DNA of 64,000 nt from Hydrolagus colliei (Eukaryota), in assembly GCA_035084275.1 (NCBI GenBank), contig CM068755.1, positions 9,982,001 to 10,046,000 on the forward strand, given 5' to 3'. Made by a program: the position numbers and the translations under genes. The notes under the pieces were generated by a model, which did not search any database, was not told where the DNA came from, and saw only the letters and a program-made list of their open reading frames with translations. Of this stretch, positions 48,718 to 60,836 are shown piece by piece. Position 1 is the stretch's first letter. Every line of letters begins with the position of its first letter.

Positions 48718-51558
48718 GAGGGGGGGTGGAATCGTAGAAAACCAGCAAAGCTCTTAATATTTACAAAACAGAGTGGGGGGAGAAAGTACCATTCAGCTTC
48801 TTACGGTTTCCTAGGCTGCAAAACAAAGCCTCGTCTGAAAACATACTTTCCCATGTAGAAAGTCAACTCCACGCTGAGTTTGCGCATGCAATAGACAAAG
48901 CATCGATCTTACAGATTTTTTTTGATTGGGGGGTGGGGGGGGGGGGGGGGGGGGGAGGGAGTACTTTCTCTTCCTCTACATATACACACACATATATATG
49001 TAAATACATACATACATATATAAAACACTATGTGTATTGACAATTGGCGACATTCGATTTCAATGCGTCTGCTTTTCAGCTAAAGTTTACCAAAGTGATA
49101 TACAAGGCGTATGGGAACCACAACTGCATGCAACAGAGGGCATTGTCTATCTGGATCTCTTGCGTTTTCACAAAATCTGCCACTTCGGTGGTGTGAAAGT
49201 ACTTATCCTTTCTTTGAAAAGCGATTGTCCATTGTGTACGAAAGCATCTTAAAACAAACTACATAATCTTTTCTCTCTCTCTCTCTCTCGCTCGCTCGCT
49301 CTCTCGTATTTCTGTTGCCTGTCACCACCGGTGCCCGGGTCTACAGTTGAAAACGCGCTCGTAAAGTAAGTTTGCAATTTCGGAAACTAATGACACAACA
49401 ACCTGGAAGTGTAACGCAGTTAAGAGACAAATGTCAAAATAAATACTTGTGATGAAAAACAAATATTGCGCTGTTAATTTTTCTTAACGTGTGGATTTTT
49501 TTCTCTCTCCTTTTTCTAACGTAATCTGGAAACCTTATTAAAACCCGATTTCTGTGGCCAGTAGCAGCAAAGTACGTGTTAAAGGTAGCGATAGATCAAC
49601 CGTATAATGCGTATACTGGTTGGTCATTTGTACAAAGCAGAACAAAAGTTCTCCCAGCTAAATTGCATTGCACTTCTGAACCGAGATGCAATTTCAAGTA
49701 TCTTTTACAGAGGGGACTGTGAACAATTTTGTGTGTGTCTGAAACTGAATAACAAAGCAACTTTCTGAAGCATCTTAAAGTGAAGTACTCAGGCGTGACA
49801 TTCCCAGGGTGAGGGAGGACAAAGGCGAGGGTCAGCGAGATGAAAAACGAATCAAACAGCCACTTTCACACGTCGCCCCTCAAACGCTGCATCACTAAAC
49901 AATAGGAAACAAATGTTGTTTAAAAAAAAGGGGTGGGGGGGGTTGGAAAGACTGTTCATATTCTATCCCAAATAGCGTTTGATAAGGCGAATGCTCTCAA
50001 AAAGTGAGTCAATGTCACATATTGTATTGCTTTTTTTTGTTGTTGAATCAACTCTTAAGTCGCAAAATATATTTAAGTTGTTCATTCTTGTTTAGTGTCA
50101 CAAAACTCTTTATTGTTCCTATGTTTTTTTCTGCGTTTCACTGATTTGCCCCCCACCCACCCAGTCGCTGGTGGCTTTACCTGTTAATCTCAATCGCTTT
50201 AATATTTTGTGCTAAAATCGAGCGACAACAGTCAGAGCGATGTCGCTAAGCGCTGTCCAGACCTTGCGTTTTCCGCACGTTGTCGAGCGCTCGATGTTTG
50301 TATGTAATTTTGTTTTCTCTCCTGATTTGCAGAGGCTATTTCTGACAGCCACACACTTTGCTGCCACCCACAAAGTTGGTAAGCACAGAGGGAGAGAGAG
50401 AGGGGGGGAGGAGGGCGGGCTGACCAGGACCAAGCAACAATGAGCCGGGGCTGAATTTACAAAAGCAGCCTTTAAAGGCAAATGAAACTTAAGTTATTCC
50501 TTTTGTTTTCAATGCGCTGCCGCTTCCAAACAAATAAGTTGCAGCGGCGGCTTGTTTTGACAAGAATGTTGATTTGAAAACTTCGCCGCCTGTTTCTTTG
50601 GAGGTACAGTTGACACATTTCCCCCCCCCCCCCCCCAACGCATTTTAAAACCCAGCGCCACCCAAAAATAAATGTTTTTTTAATTAAAAAAAAGGCTAAA
50701 CACGACATTCTGCGGGTGAGTGTGTCAACACATAACAGTGACAATCATACAGTCTGTTGCGAGTGTATAAAAATACGGTTGTTACTCCTTGTTGAACGAG
50801 ATCCAAGTCCTACGCGAGTCTCTGGCACACACACACACAGACACACACACACAAAGATGATAAACGAATTAGTCACCAATTAATTACCGACGGGATAAAA
50901 CATTCCAGTCAAAGGTTCCCTCACTTTGCAGGAGAGAAAACTTGAAGGAAATAACTGTGCATTTGGCAAGTTGAAAAACAAAAACTTTTCTTTTGCGGGA
51001 TTTCCCACCACCGCCCCCCCCCCCCACCAGCGTCGCAATCGTCTAAAATTAAATGAATGAAACCCTTTATCAAGTGTGAGTAATGGGAAGATAAGTCGCC
51101 GGGGCAAATAAATCAACGAGAGGGAGAGAGAGAAAAATAAATTGTTTCTTATTGGTGTCTCTACGCCTTCCGCAACCACCTGTACTGAATGAAGTTGAGT
51201 TGAGTTTTTTTTTGTGGGGAAATGTTTTTTCGTGGGGTGTTTTTTGTGTGTGACAGAGGCAGCCGCCTGCCTGCCTGCCTGCCTGCCACCCTGTAATCAG
51301 CAAGTAAACCCAGCTGAGCCCAGGCTGTTAAACGGTTGCGTATTTCACCAGATATTATTGATGTATCTTCAGGCAATGTAGATTTTCAAAGCTAATGAAT
51401 AAACAAGCTAACCAACTGCTCGCGGTGCGAATCGTGCAGTCAATGCAAACATTTGGATAAATACACCGAATTTGCACATTGAGTAATAATGTGGGGGAAC
51501 TGTAAAGAGAGGCTGAGACAAATGGTGGAGAGGCAGGTAGGCAACTCAACAGAGACAT

Positions 51559-51589
<31 letters not shown>

Positions 51590-54500
51590 GGGGGGGCGGA
51601 GGGGGAAGAAGGTGTGGGGGGAGGGGGCGATGGGGGTATAAGAGAAGAAACCTTAAGTTTTTGTTACTAACTGCTCCCTCCCCCTGAGTACAGTAATAAT
51701 ACAGAAAGACACCAGAGGTTTGGGATCCCCAAATTCCGCTTTGCCAGCAATGTCCAAACGTGAAGGAAGCTGTGCCCACCTTTTTGCTGAACATACATGG
51801 GTACCACTTACAAATCGTCTCCTGTCTGCCAGGTGCCACTTTCTTAATGTTTGACGTGCAAATGTCTCACCTTCAATGTGATATATCTGGAATACATTAT
51901 TTTAATTAAGTCTATGGCGATTTACTTTCCTTTGAGATCCATTCTACAGCACAATTAGGAACGTATTGGTGCAAGCACATATGAATATTCAGGAGACTGT
52001 CAATTAATTAGCAGACAGAGGTATCTCATTATCGCGCTCCAAGCCCTTTAGTGCTGAGCAGAATTAAGGGCTATAACAGTGTGCGGGATTAGTGAATATT
52101 TTACAACATACTCATTATCATAGTGGTTACCACGCTCCGATTTTATTAATTAAAATGTTCATTAATTTACCTCCTATTATATAAGCAGATCTCCGTGTGA
52201 TGGGAAGGGGGAGGGGGAATAGAGATGGTTACAGTTTCAATAATTGAAAAAAAAGTCACTTCTCTCAATCGCTCTTGCTTGAAACAAGAAGCTTAGATTC
52301 CTCCCCCCCCCCCCCCCCCCCACCCCAAACACACACACACACACACAGAGACACACACAGAAAAAAAAATGATGGAAAGATAAATATTAAATCTGGTATC
52401 ACAAAGGGAGTCACTAAATAGATACTAAATTAATATGCATGTAAAATTAATTAGGTGGTTTTCATGACATCAAAACGCCCGACAAATAACTACCTGTAAA
52501 GAACACCTTCTGGGCATTTTGAACATATGCTGGAATTATAGTTAATTGACTAATTACATAAATTACGCATTAACTTTATAACGTATCAAGTATAAAATAT
52601 ATCTCAATTAATTTTGCATAAATTAAGCTATTGGGGAGTGAGATGGGGGGGTGAGAGGGGAGTGGTGGGGGAGTGAGGGGCTAGAGTTGGGGGAGGGTGC
52701 AGAGAGTTGCAGAATTTGAAGAGAAAAACTTGTACTGCCCACAAGGTCGATCAGCTTTACATTGAACAGAAATGTGACCGGTGGTGTTTGGGGATAGGAA
52801 GTTAACGGGAGAAGCCAGGCGAAGCAGTTAAAGCTCTGTGGTTAGAGGCCAGGTTCGAGTAATGACTCCCTCCCTCTCTGCCTCCCTCCCCAGTCATTAA
52901 GAGAAATACTTCATTAAAATCAATTAAGGAGCACAGGGTTGATTCGCTTCTGTTTGGGGGAGGTGGGGGGGGGGGCGGCAATGTGGTACCTCCCTTCTGA
53001 TTTAAGTGGTAGTATCATTGAAGGTAAAACATTAAATACGCTTTATTAGAAACAATACAGCCAAGCTTGCCATCTTCTTAACCATTTGACTGCCACGGTC
53101 ATATCACAGGATCGACAATCAGCGGCTCACCTTTTGACAATCATGTTATTGTGTGTGTGTGTGTGTGTGGAGGGGTGGGGGAGATTGAAGCAGGGTTATG
53201 TACATTTTGTGGCCATTCTAAACTTGGATTTTAATTACCGCACTGTTGAGCAATGCGTTGTGTTGTATTCTTATCAGGTACAGCATTGTCATTAGAAATC
53301 AGGCTTTCCACCTTCACACAGTTTCCTTGCCGCTGCTGGTGGTGGAGAGAATTGGGTTGCAAACCTCCCTTTAGTTGTTTTTTTTAAGATGAAAAATAAT
53401 AAGAAAATAATATTTCTCTGTCATTCGCCAGGGCGCCCTGTCTAATCGTCCACGCCAGCTTTTCATTTGTCTCTCCTGCTCCCCACCACACCCCACCCCC
53501 CTCCACTCCCCCATTCAGCTGTTAAATTCACGTGAAATGGTGACAAGTGGATAATTGTCAGCCCAAGTAAAAGCGACACTTTGTTTACAGTTTAGTGTGA
53601 TTAATTAAGACGGAATAAGCCACGTCGCTCCTGACGAAATTCCAGACCCTGTTCCCCCAGTTTCTGGATTCCGGGATAAATACTCTTCATCCATGTCCAG
53701 ATTTTCATTCATCAACCTCCGCTCCCTGTGCAAAGCCTCAGTGTTGGACTAACTAACCTCTGATATGCTGTATTGTTACAGTAGCAGTAGCTCATATTAA
53801 CCGGCAGAACTAGGACTATATATATACTGTATATATATATGATGAACATTGATATTATCAAAGTATTTAAATCTGGAATTTGCTTTTCACAATTCCATTG
53901 CCTTCTGTAGCCAAGGCCGGGGATCATTTATGCATGATGTTTTCGACAACATATTTACCATTAGACCATATATCATTCCACATCACCCCCGACTTATTGA
54001 TTCAGTTAGTTGACGATGAACACCTTCCTTGCAATAATGGACTCCAAGGTGATAGCAAATCCAAGATTAATTAATTATTTTATTTGCCTCTGGCATTATT
54101 TCACCAGGGAGTAGAAAAAGGCACATAGACGCATTGATTCTCTAAATATCATAGCTTTGTACCGAAATCCCCCTGTTTCATTTTCAATTTAAACTTCTTA
54201 TCAAGGCGGTGAACCGTTTAAAAGATATATATCTTGTCAAAAATGTTTTGCACCAATGTGAAAAGTTATTGGGCTTCCCCTCCCCTCTTCTCCACTTTCA
54301 CTCTCACCAGCCAAGCAAGTATGGCATCAAAGTGTCTCATCGTTTACCAAAAAGCTTGGCATTATAACCACCACATTGGCGAAAGAAACCTGAAAATACC
54401 GAGAGGCGTGTACTGTATTTGCACGAGGGACTCTAATTAAAACACACTTAAGATAGGGGTACACAGTTTACAAAAAGAAACACACAAATGTTAGATACAG

Positions 54501-56072
54501 CTTTAAAGGGGACAAACAAAAGTTATATTTTGCAACTACCAAACAGTTAAGTTTTGTTGCCGGAAACAACTTTCTCATTAATAAACCAAGACTTCAAATT
54601 ATTAATGAAGGCACAGGTTACGGTTGCCTCTGGGTCTAAAAATAACTCCTGTCGGTAATAATGCCTTTTGGTGCAATCCTGTGGACACATTTTAAAAGAA
54701 GAAAAATACGAGAAGCCTCAGAAATAAGATATGTGTGGAATTGACTGTAAGAGGGGAAGTGAGCAGTAGATTACAGAACAAAAGATCACAGACAGGCAGG
54801 AATTATTTCGGTTCATTATTTGTTTTTATTTTCTTCTGTGGATTCAAATATTTTTTAACCAAATGTGATTTTTGGGGGGCGGGGGGGGGGGGGGGGGGGG
54901 TAGGGGGGGAAGGCAATAATAAATATTAGAGTGTTACAGTAATAAGACACCACAAATAAACCATTCCGAATGACCCGTAAGAACATTTAATAATTTTAAT
55001 TTACACGTTGAACATATTTATGAGTGTGCGAGGAACCAATAAATAATAGTTGTAAAATTCTGAGCAGAATATTATATTTACATTGTACACAAAGCTCTTA
55101 GACTACGTTTAGGCTAAGTCTCAAAACAGAATTGTTGACCTATAGCTCGAGAATAAGTAATAGTTGTTCTTTTGACACACTGAACCAGAATTTCAGAAGT
55201 TTAATTAGACACATATATAATAGGTTCTGCAGAGTTTGCTGATAATGACTCATAAACAAACTGCGTGGGAATTCTGCCCAAGCTAAATACCGTCTATATA
55301 AATTTTTAATTATTTTAAAAAAACTTTAGCGGCGGCAGCCCCACCAGCCAAATATTTCACTGTATGTTATGAGAATGTCTGTGCGCCTCTCTCTTTGAGA
55401 TAATAGTGATGTTGTTTCGCCTGTATTGATTTGCCATGCTCTTTCATAACATCACTGGTTTCCTCTGGTTTTAAATTCTTGACTCTAGTCAACGTTAAGA
55501 ACGTGTGGCAATGAGCCGGTGAGTTAGTTCTGATCGCGATGGTACCATCCTAGATTAACCCAAATTAATAGGATTTTCCACTTTGTTCTGTGAACTGGCG
55601 CGCAATCCCAGCATCTCCAATGCAGGTTCCATTGCATCTCCAGACAGCCACTGTTCCCCACGCAGTATACAAGTGCAAACACAAGCTCTGTCTGATTGGA
55701 ATGAAGACTTCGAAGGATGGAAAGGAGTTTAGTATTGCGCCCCGCACTGCCTTGGTCAGTTAACTTTATAGAGAAGAAATACAGAGGTCATGTTTACAGC
55801 CTCAGCCAACATCAGAGAGTTGGGTGGTGACAAATGGCTGGAAAAAATGTGATTTATAATCCATCTCCTGCCTGGATCCAAAACACGATGGAGTTTTTAG
55901 TTAACGCTACTTTCTAATCTGATTTTTTTTAAAACAAAAAAGGATTTGCTGATTATCTGTTCCAATTGTTGATTGGCAATAGCACAAGCCTTAACCTGAC
56001 AAACAGACTCTCGCTTGCGGCATCATCTCCTGAAAACTGATCTGAAGTCATAACGTGGTGAAAGGATCGTTA

Positions 56073-56092
56073 TGTGTGTGTGTGTGTGTGTG
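56073..56092. repeat. (TG)n microsatellite
   Basis: Direct reading. Confidence 0.9.
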
Positions 56093-57304
56093 AGGATAGT
56101 GCAAACATTTACAGCTGCTGAGATTATCACAGGAAGGTTAAATCACAGATGAAGCAGCGGTGTCGTGTGAATCTCTAGCACTGTACTGTACAAGCTCAAA
56201 GCCTCCGCTAGTTGCGATACATTGTGAGTTACAACAGCAAGATTGCAATAATCAAATAAATCATGCGCCACACAACTAACCCAACAGAAAGTCCAGTGTG
56301 CATATATACTGCACTACATAACATATATTTCTAAATCACCTTGTTCAGGTCTATTTACCTTAATTTACACGGTAGTTAGTGCCAATTTGGGGACATTAAA
56401 ACTCTCGTATTTAACTTCCCCCAATTAATTCTACTTTCTAATTATCCCCGGAAGGTAACTTCTGCTTTGGGAGATGTTAGCGAGACGCGTTTTTGCAATG
56501 AACGTTGTCGAAATCACATTGTTTTCAAGTTTTCTTCCCAAGGTTGCTCTGGAAGCCTCATTGAGTTCCATGGCTCTGCATACGCAGGTACAGGCACCTG
56601 TTATGCTGCCGCACACATTACACATGTTATAGCTGCGAGTGTAGTGTACACAGCGGGCGGGCTATTCCACAAACCCAATAAATCGTAGCGTGCAGCAGTA
56701 ATGTTGAGATAACATTATGCTGATATCAGGCAACCACGGATCAGAAAACTCTCCAGTTATTGGCTCAGGAATTGCCCCCCTCCCCCCCAAAAAAAAATTC
56801 AGGCTGGAAACGAAGCTTGGATTTAAGGAGTGGTTAGCACAGTTTATGCATATTTATGTATTTATTTATTAATGTTATGTTTCCTTCGTATTTATTGCTG
56901 ACATAAAACATTGATGAATTCTCTCCATTATACAGCAAATCTTTATAAATGAACATCAATGCAAAAAAAAATCAACAGGGAACGGAAACTCGATTTATTT
57001 ACCAGTAGCTCTGTCATTTGAAAGGGAGTTGTTACCAACACAAAAGTGTTTCATTAATATCCCATGAGAGCTAAATTATATATATATATGAAAAAAAATG
57101 AAGGTTTTTTTATTTAAGTGGTTAAATGCACAGTTATGGAACATCTGATGGAATTTTGATAGAAGTAAAGATAGAAGTGACTTCTTTCCATAGTCCTGTT
57201 CACAGACAGCAATCTGTTACACTGCTCATAGTTTGTTTCCATCAGATAGGAAAATGCCTTGACAAGAATCCAATAAGCACTATGTATTTGACCCATCAAA
57301 CATC

Positions 57305-58424
57305 CAACAACAACAACAACAAATTACGTTTATAGAGCGCCTTTCACGTCGGGGGGACGTCCCAAGGCGCTGCACAGGAGGCGTGTGACCCGAGCTGGGA
57401 GGGGAGTGTTTGGGAAGGGGTGAAACACGAAGGGGAGGTAGAAGAGTTCGGGGTGAAACAAAAGGCACGATCGAAGAGGAAAGTCTTCAAACCGGCCTTG
57501 AAAGAGGAAAGGGAAGAGGTGAAACGGAGGGATTGAGGGATGGCATTCCATAGGGTGGGAGCGGAGAAACTGAAGGCCCGGCCTCCGATGGTGGGGCGGT
57601 TCGGGCGGGGGGCTTGGAGCAGGCCAAGTCCATTTGAACGGAGGGTCCGGGTGGGCGTGTAGGGGGAGAGTAGATCGGTTAAATAGGGCGGGGCAAGGCC
57701 GTGTAAGGCCTTGAAGGTGAGGACGAGGATCTTGAACTCGATCCTCTGGAGGATGGGGAGCCAGTGGAGACGGGCGAGGGTGGGGGTTATGTGGTCGCGG
57801 AGGCGGGTGCGGGATAGTACACGGGCTGCACAGGTTTGGATGGCCTGCAGCCTGTGAATGGAGGAACTGGGGAGGCCGACGAGGAGAGAATTTCCGTAGT
57901 CCAGCCGTGAGGTGATGTACGCGTGCACGAGTGTTTCGGCAGCGCGGGGAGTAAGATAGTTGCGGAGCCTGGCAATGTTGCGCAGATGGAAATAGGCGGT
58001 GCCGGTCAAGGCGCGGATGTGGGGGAGGAAGGAAAGTTTTTGATCGAACATGATGCCGAGGTTCCTGATTGGCTTTGTGAGGTGGAGAGTACAGCCTTGG
58101 ATGTTGAGGCTGGCAGCGCCCGATGTGCGGAGGCGCTGGCTTGAGCCAATCAGGAGGGCCTCGGTCTTACTCACGTTCAATTGCAAAAAGTTGTCCCTCG
58201 TCCAAGACTCGATGTCGGACAGACATGCTGTCAGAACATCGACGGTCTGGGGGTTGAGGGATGAGGCAGAAAGGTACAACTGGGTGTCATCCGCAGACAT
58301 GTGGAAATTTACCCCATGTTTGCGGATGACGTCGCCCAGGGGGAGCGTGTAAAGGGTGAAAAGGAGGGGACCGAGGACAGAGCCCTGAGGGACGCCGTGG
58401 GAAACTGTGCCCCCCGCACAGTTT
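57305..58424 (-). mobile_element. Young 5'-truncated L2-clade LINE (RT C-terminal half, 3'UTR stem-loop, (TTG)n tail)
   Basis: Open frame from 58408: [20 protein letters not shown]...[13 protein letters not shown]...[11 protein letters not shown]...[17 protein letters not shown]...[13 protein letters not shown]...[10 protein letters not shown], typical of L2 ORF2. 3' hairpin at 57336-57371, (CAA)6 on plus at 57305-57322. GC- and CpG-rich against AT-rich flanks. Confidence 0.95.
57344..58408 (-). pseudogene. Truncated L2 ORF2 reverse transcriptase fragment
   Basis: Uninterrupted frame with GVPQGS and xADD RT motifs. It lacks the endonuclease and RT N-terminus and has no promoter, so it is not an autonomous gene. 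Confidence 0.85.
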
Positions 58425-59594
58425 GAAGAAAAACCGTTGGAAGAAACAAAATGTAAACTAAGGTGGATAGCTTTATTTCAGACCTTAATCTATTTGGGCA
58501 AGGAAGGAACTGTGTGATAATCAATCTTCCACACCCTGGAGTAAACTTCTATGAAGGTTTGTACAATATTGTTACGAAGAAAGTGAACCCAAGTTCTGTT
58601 GCATATGTAAATCATTGCATTGTCTTATTCCACACAAAAAAGGGTAATCCATTGGGGTTCAATGCACCATTTCCCAATTGAGGATGGCAGAACGCGAAGA
58701 TCCTGATACAATACGGTGTATGTTAATACAGTACATTGTTAATACCAATGTATGTTAATACACTGGTAATAGTGCATTAATGTACACAACATTAATGTTG
58801 ACATTTGCTGTCATTTTGTTTTTGCTGGCAATGGAAGTGCATAAGAGCTGGAGCCTCTTCTATGGTGATAATGTGTTTATTCACCCTTATTCACCATTTA
58901 TCTAAAATATATTGAAATATAGAGCAACAGAACAACTATTGCACCATTTAATTGCTCCATCTTTTGTACGCTTATGGGAAGTGAATCTTCTAAACATTAA
59001 ATCTCTATCCTACAAATCCATTTAGTTTATTTGTGAACCAGTTTAATGAGGAACTACATAACCAAACAGTGAATACATTTGAATATTACCACATACCTTT
59101 TAGACAAATGTTAAGTCATGTTTTGTCTTATAATGAGGACACTTTCTCAAAAGAAATCTGAATAGCAAAAGCTTGAACACTTACAGCAAGAAACCTGTGA
59201 GGTAACATGGTATTATTTTTACACAAGTAAAATGTGGTTTAATAAAATTCTTCCTGTTTGATAATAATGTGCCAAAATATATATTTAATAAGGTAGTGTT
59301 TATGCAACACTAAACTTGTTAAATGTGTTGCAGGATTTTATACCATAGATTGGTCCATGTTTTGTAAAGCTGGGACTTAGAAGCTTTTAATTGTATAAAT
59401 CGTGTTATGTAATCAAAATAACATATGGTCTAATTAACTATTCACAAATTATTCCTGATCGCATAACAATTTTTTAAAGTTTAACAAACATGAAACAAAG
59501 TTTGAGTTTGCAAAAGGATGTGGGTAGAGTATTAAATGGAAATGAAAATCAATTAGCAATTTACCTTTAATAAGTGATCTAATTAATTCTCCAG

Positions 59595-59978
59595 GTGTCA
59601 TCCTGGCTCAGTTGCTAAAACTCTTGTTTCTGAGTAAAAAGGATGTGGGTTCAAATCCCATCTTGAGACTATGTACTCACATAGTCTGTGCGGTGGAATG
59701 CTGGGGGAGTGCTGCAGGCACTGTTCTTCAAATGAGATATTAAACTGAGGGCCCCAATACTGTTCTGGTGGAAGTTGAAGATTCCATAATTCAAAAAAGT
59801 GAAGAGGATTTTCCCTTTATCATGGTTAGTACTGTAATCACCAACTAAAATTGGTCATTCATTTCACATCTGTATGTGGGACATTGCTGTGTACAAATTT
59901 ACTGTAAGATTTGCCTCTTGTGCTTTGAATCTTTTTGATGATGTGTTCAGGCGCTATATCTAATGCAAGAATTATTAC
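59595..59978 (+). mobile_element. Full-length diverged Deu-SINE (SacSINE1-like)
   Basis: tggctcagttg...tctgagt...tgtgggttcaaatccca (A/B boxes), ggagtgctgca, atgagatattaaactgagggcccc, ggtggaag, tail ggcgctatatctaatgcaag. Confidence 0.85.
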
Positions 59979-60588
59979 ACAGAATTGAGTCGGTGCTTTG
60001 GTTCTTCCACCACACAGTGAGATGTATCCTTTAACAGAACCAATGATGGGATTGGCAGGGTTATGATTAATATCCTTTAAGAAGCCCCATAAACATAAGG
60101 CTGTAAGAATTGTAAGTCTGCCCTAATTTTATCTTTTGGGGAACAAAAGTTGATAAAAAAAAATATTGAAGGAGTTACAAGAGTAAATAATAAAACTGCT
60201 TGCAGATAACACCAAGTAAGACCAAATAATATTGTTGTTATTATATGAGCAGATGGCAAGTTACATACTAAATAGAATCTTCACAGAATACTTTGGAATA
60301 GAGATTATAGAAGATTATGATATGATAGATGTGTTTGGTGGAATGTTTCACAACATTTCTCAACATCCAAATTTCCTCCAATGCTGTTTCTCAAATAAAA
60401 CATGTGATCGTATCTCATTCCTTTGCACAACAGCACTTCAGAAGTCTCAACATTACATTGTGTTTGATTAACCATGTGTATATACATAATACACATTGGC
60501 TAGTCTGATGGTCATGATGGTAGTTTCTTGTAGACCTTCCTCCCATGTCAATCTTTTCTTTTCCACAGAGGTCAAAATGTGGAAAATT

Positions 60589-60836
60589 CCTCAATTTGAT
60601 ATAGCGCTTTTCAAATGTTCAAAGTGCCTTACAACAGGATATACTGTAAAGCACAGTATTAGTTGAATGCAGCAGCAATTTGTGCACAGGAATGCCCTAT
60701 AAATACCCGGAAAGCGAATGACCAATTTTATTTGGAAAACTGTTGGCCAGGAAACTGGGAGAAATTCCTTCCTCTTTTCAAACAGTGCCACCTCAACAGG
60801 CAGACAGGACTTTTGTTTAGCATCTCTTCTGAAAGA
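60589..60836 (-). mobile_element. Deu-SINE 3' portion
   Basis: tttgatatagcgcttttca, aatttgtgcacag, aatgaccaatt, ttggccaggaaactgggagaa, agtgcca. Confidence 0.75.

Noticed and set aside
49660-49695. aaattgcat...atgcaattt inverted repeat as a miRNA-like hairpin
   Set aside because: Only a 9 bp stem, too short for a pre-miRNA.
57280-58524. Additional short ORFs over the L2
   Set aside because: Alternative-frame or antisense shadows of L2 ORF2.
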